A stretch of 64,000 nucleotides of DNA from a bacterium (lineage in GTDB: Bacteria; Zhuqueibacterota; Zhuqueibacteria; Oceanimicrobiales; Oceanimicrobiaceae), in contig JBBIIG010000001.1 in NCBI GenBank assembly GCA_037446635.1, positions 117,638 to 181,637 of the forward strand, read 5' to 3'. Made by a program: the position numbers and the translations under genes. Of this stretch, positions 62,708-64,000 are shown piece by piece. The notes beneath the pieces are model-generated. The model did no database searches and was not told the DNA's origin. It was given only the letters and a program-made list of their open reading frames with translations. The stretch's first letter is position 1. Each line of letters opens with the position of its first letter.

Positions 62708-64000
62708 ACCGGCCCCGCAGCTTTGACTTCCGCGCTGACACCAGCTTCGTAGGTCTTGAAGTTCTCTTTGAAGAGGCCGGCGAGTTTCCGGGCCACAGCG
62801 TCGTACGCAGTCTTGTCAGCCCACGCGTGGCGCGGAACGAGGATTTCCGACGGCACGTTCGGACATTCGGTGATGACGTCGAAGCCGAACGTGGCGTCGC
62901 GTTGTATTTTTGCCTTCGCCAACGCGCCACTGTGGATGGCATCGATGATCGCGCGAGTATGTTTGAGGCTGATGCGCTTGCCGGTGCCGTAAGCGCCGCC
63001 GCCCCAACCGGTGTTGACGAGCCAGATGCGGGCGTTGTGCTTTTTCATCTTCACCGCCAGCAGTTCGGCGTACTTGCTCGGGTGCCAGACCAGGAACGGG
63101 CCGCCGAAACAGGGGGAGAATGTCGCCTGGGGTTCGGTCACCCCCATCTCGGTGCCGGCAACTTTCGCGGTGTACCCGCTGATGAAGTGATACATCGCGT
63201 GTGCCGGTGAGAGCGAACTGACCGGCGGCAACACACCAAACGCATCGCACGTCAGGAAGATCACGTCGGTCGGATGCCCGGCAATGCAGGGGATTTTCGC
63301 ATTGCTGATGAACTCAATCGGATAGGCGCCGCGCGTGTTTTCCGTGATGCTGGTGTCGGCAAAGTCCACGGTGCGGTCTTCTTCGAGCACGACGTTTTCC
63401 AGCACCGCGCCGAAGCGTAAGGCCTGGAAGATGTCCGGCTCATTCTCCGGCGTGAGGTTGATGGCTTTGGCATAACAGCCGCCTTCGATGTTGAAAACGC
63501 CGTCGTCGCTCCAGCAATGCTCGTCGTCGCCGATGAGGTGCCGCTTCGGGTCGGCGGAGAGTGTGGTCTTGCCGGTGCCGCTGAGGCCGAACAGCAGCGA
63601 GGACCGGCCATTTTGGCGGTCCGCGGTGGCGGAGCAGTGCATCGACAGAATGCCGTGCTTCGGCGCCAGATAATTAGCAATGGTGAACACGCCCTTCTTC
63701 ATCTCGCCGGCGTATTCGGTGCCGAGGATGACGAGTTCCTTGGTTTCCAGGCTCAGGTCGATGCTCGTCGTCGAGCCCATGCCGGTGGTGAGCCGGTTGG
63801 CGGGGAATGCGCCAGCGTTGTAGATGGTGAAGTCCGGTTGGCCGAAGCCCGCCAACTCCTCCTTGGTCGGGCGGATCAGCATCGTGTGCATGAACAGTGC
63901 GTGATAGGGCCGCGAGCAGATGATGCGCACCTTGCGAGGGTACTTCGGGTCCCACCCGGCGAAGCCGTCAACGCAATAGAGCCGCTCGCGGGTGTTGAGG
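62704..64000 (-). CDS. pckA: Phosphoenolpyruvate carboxykinase (ATP); 5' end lies beyond the window
   Basis: [52 protein letters not shown]; frame is open to the window edge. Confidence 0.97.
   Translation of the reverse strand, partial: LNTRERLYCVDGFAGWDPKYPRKVRIICSRPYHALFMHTMLIRPTKEELAGFGQPDFTIYNAGAFPANRLTTGMGSTTSIDLSLETKELVILGTEYAGEMKKGVFTIANYLAPKHGILSMHCSATADRQNGRSSLLFGLSGTGKTTLSADPKRHLIGDDEHCWSDDGVFNIEGGCYAKAINLTPENEPDIFQALRFGAVLENVVLEEDRTVDFADTSITENTRGAYPIEFISNAKIPCIAGHPTDVIFLTCDAFGVLPPVSSLSPAHAMYHFISGYTAKVAGTEMGVTEPQATFSPCFGGPFLVWHPSKYAELLAVKMKKHNARIWLVNTGWGGGAYGTGKRISLKHTRAIIDAIHSGALAKAKIQRDATFGFDVITECPNVPSEILVPRHAWADKTAYDAVARKLAGLFKENFKTYEAGVSAEVKAAGPV

Overview
64 kb of bacterial chromosome, mostly minus-strand. 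Two secreted proteins with T9SS-type/FlgD-Ig C-terminal tails suggest an FCB-group organism such as KSB1, Calditrichota or Ignavibacteria (inference only). Left to right: (1) a partial D-cysteine desulfhydrase, a site-2 protease, a DUF62 SAM hydrolase and a B12-radical SAM gene behind a partner-switching cluster (three PP2C phosphatases, RsbW, RsbV and a beta-propeller lipoprotein) with no adjacent sigma factor; (2) a REC-PAS-GAF-GAF protein with no output domain, an OM-barrel/TPR fusion, a hypothetical gene and lon; (3) a 15-gene trp-aro-tyr superoperon ending in an AroQ-GAF fusion, preceded by an unannotated 30-aa leader peptide (YWYYWYWY) with terminator and antiterminator; (4) mutL, radC, two paralogous secreted proteins, an orphan STAS gene and a candidate sRNA; (5) an ADP-forming acyl-CoA ligase and small redox/metabolic genes with REP-like palindromes; (6) prkA-yeaH-spoVR plus extra genes, and comM; (7) a glycogen/glycolysis block (pckA, AspT/YidE transporter, fba, gap, ldh remnant, pgk, pfk, glgX). 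Sigma54-like -24/-12 motifs precede lon, prkA and the 179-aa hypothetical gene. I saw no rRNA, tRNA, CRISPR array, integrase or transposase. All calls come from motif recognition by eye; no searches were run.
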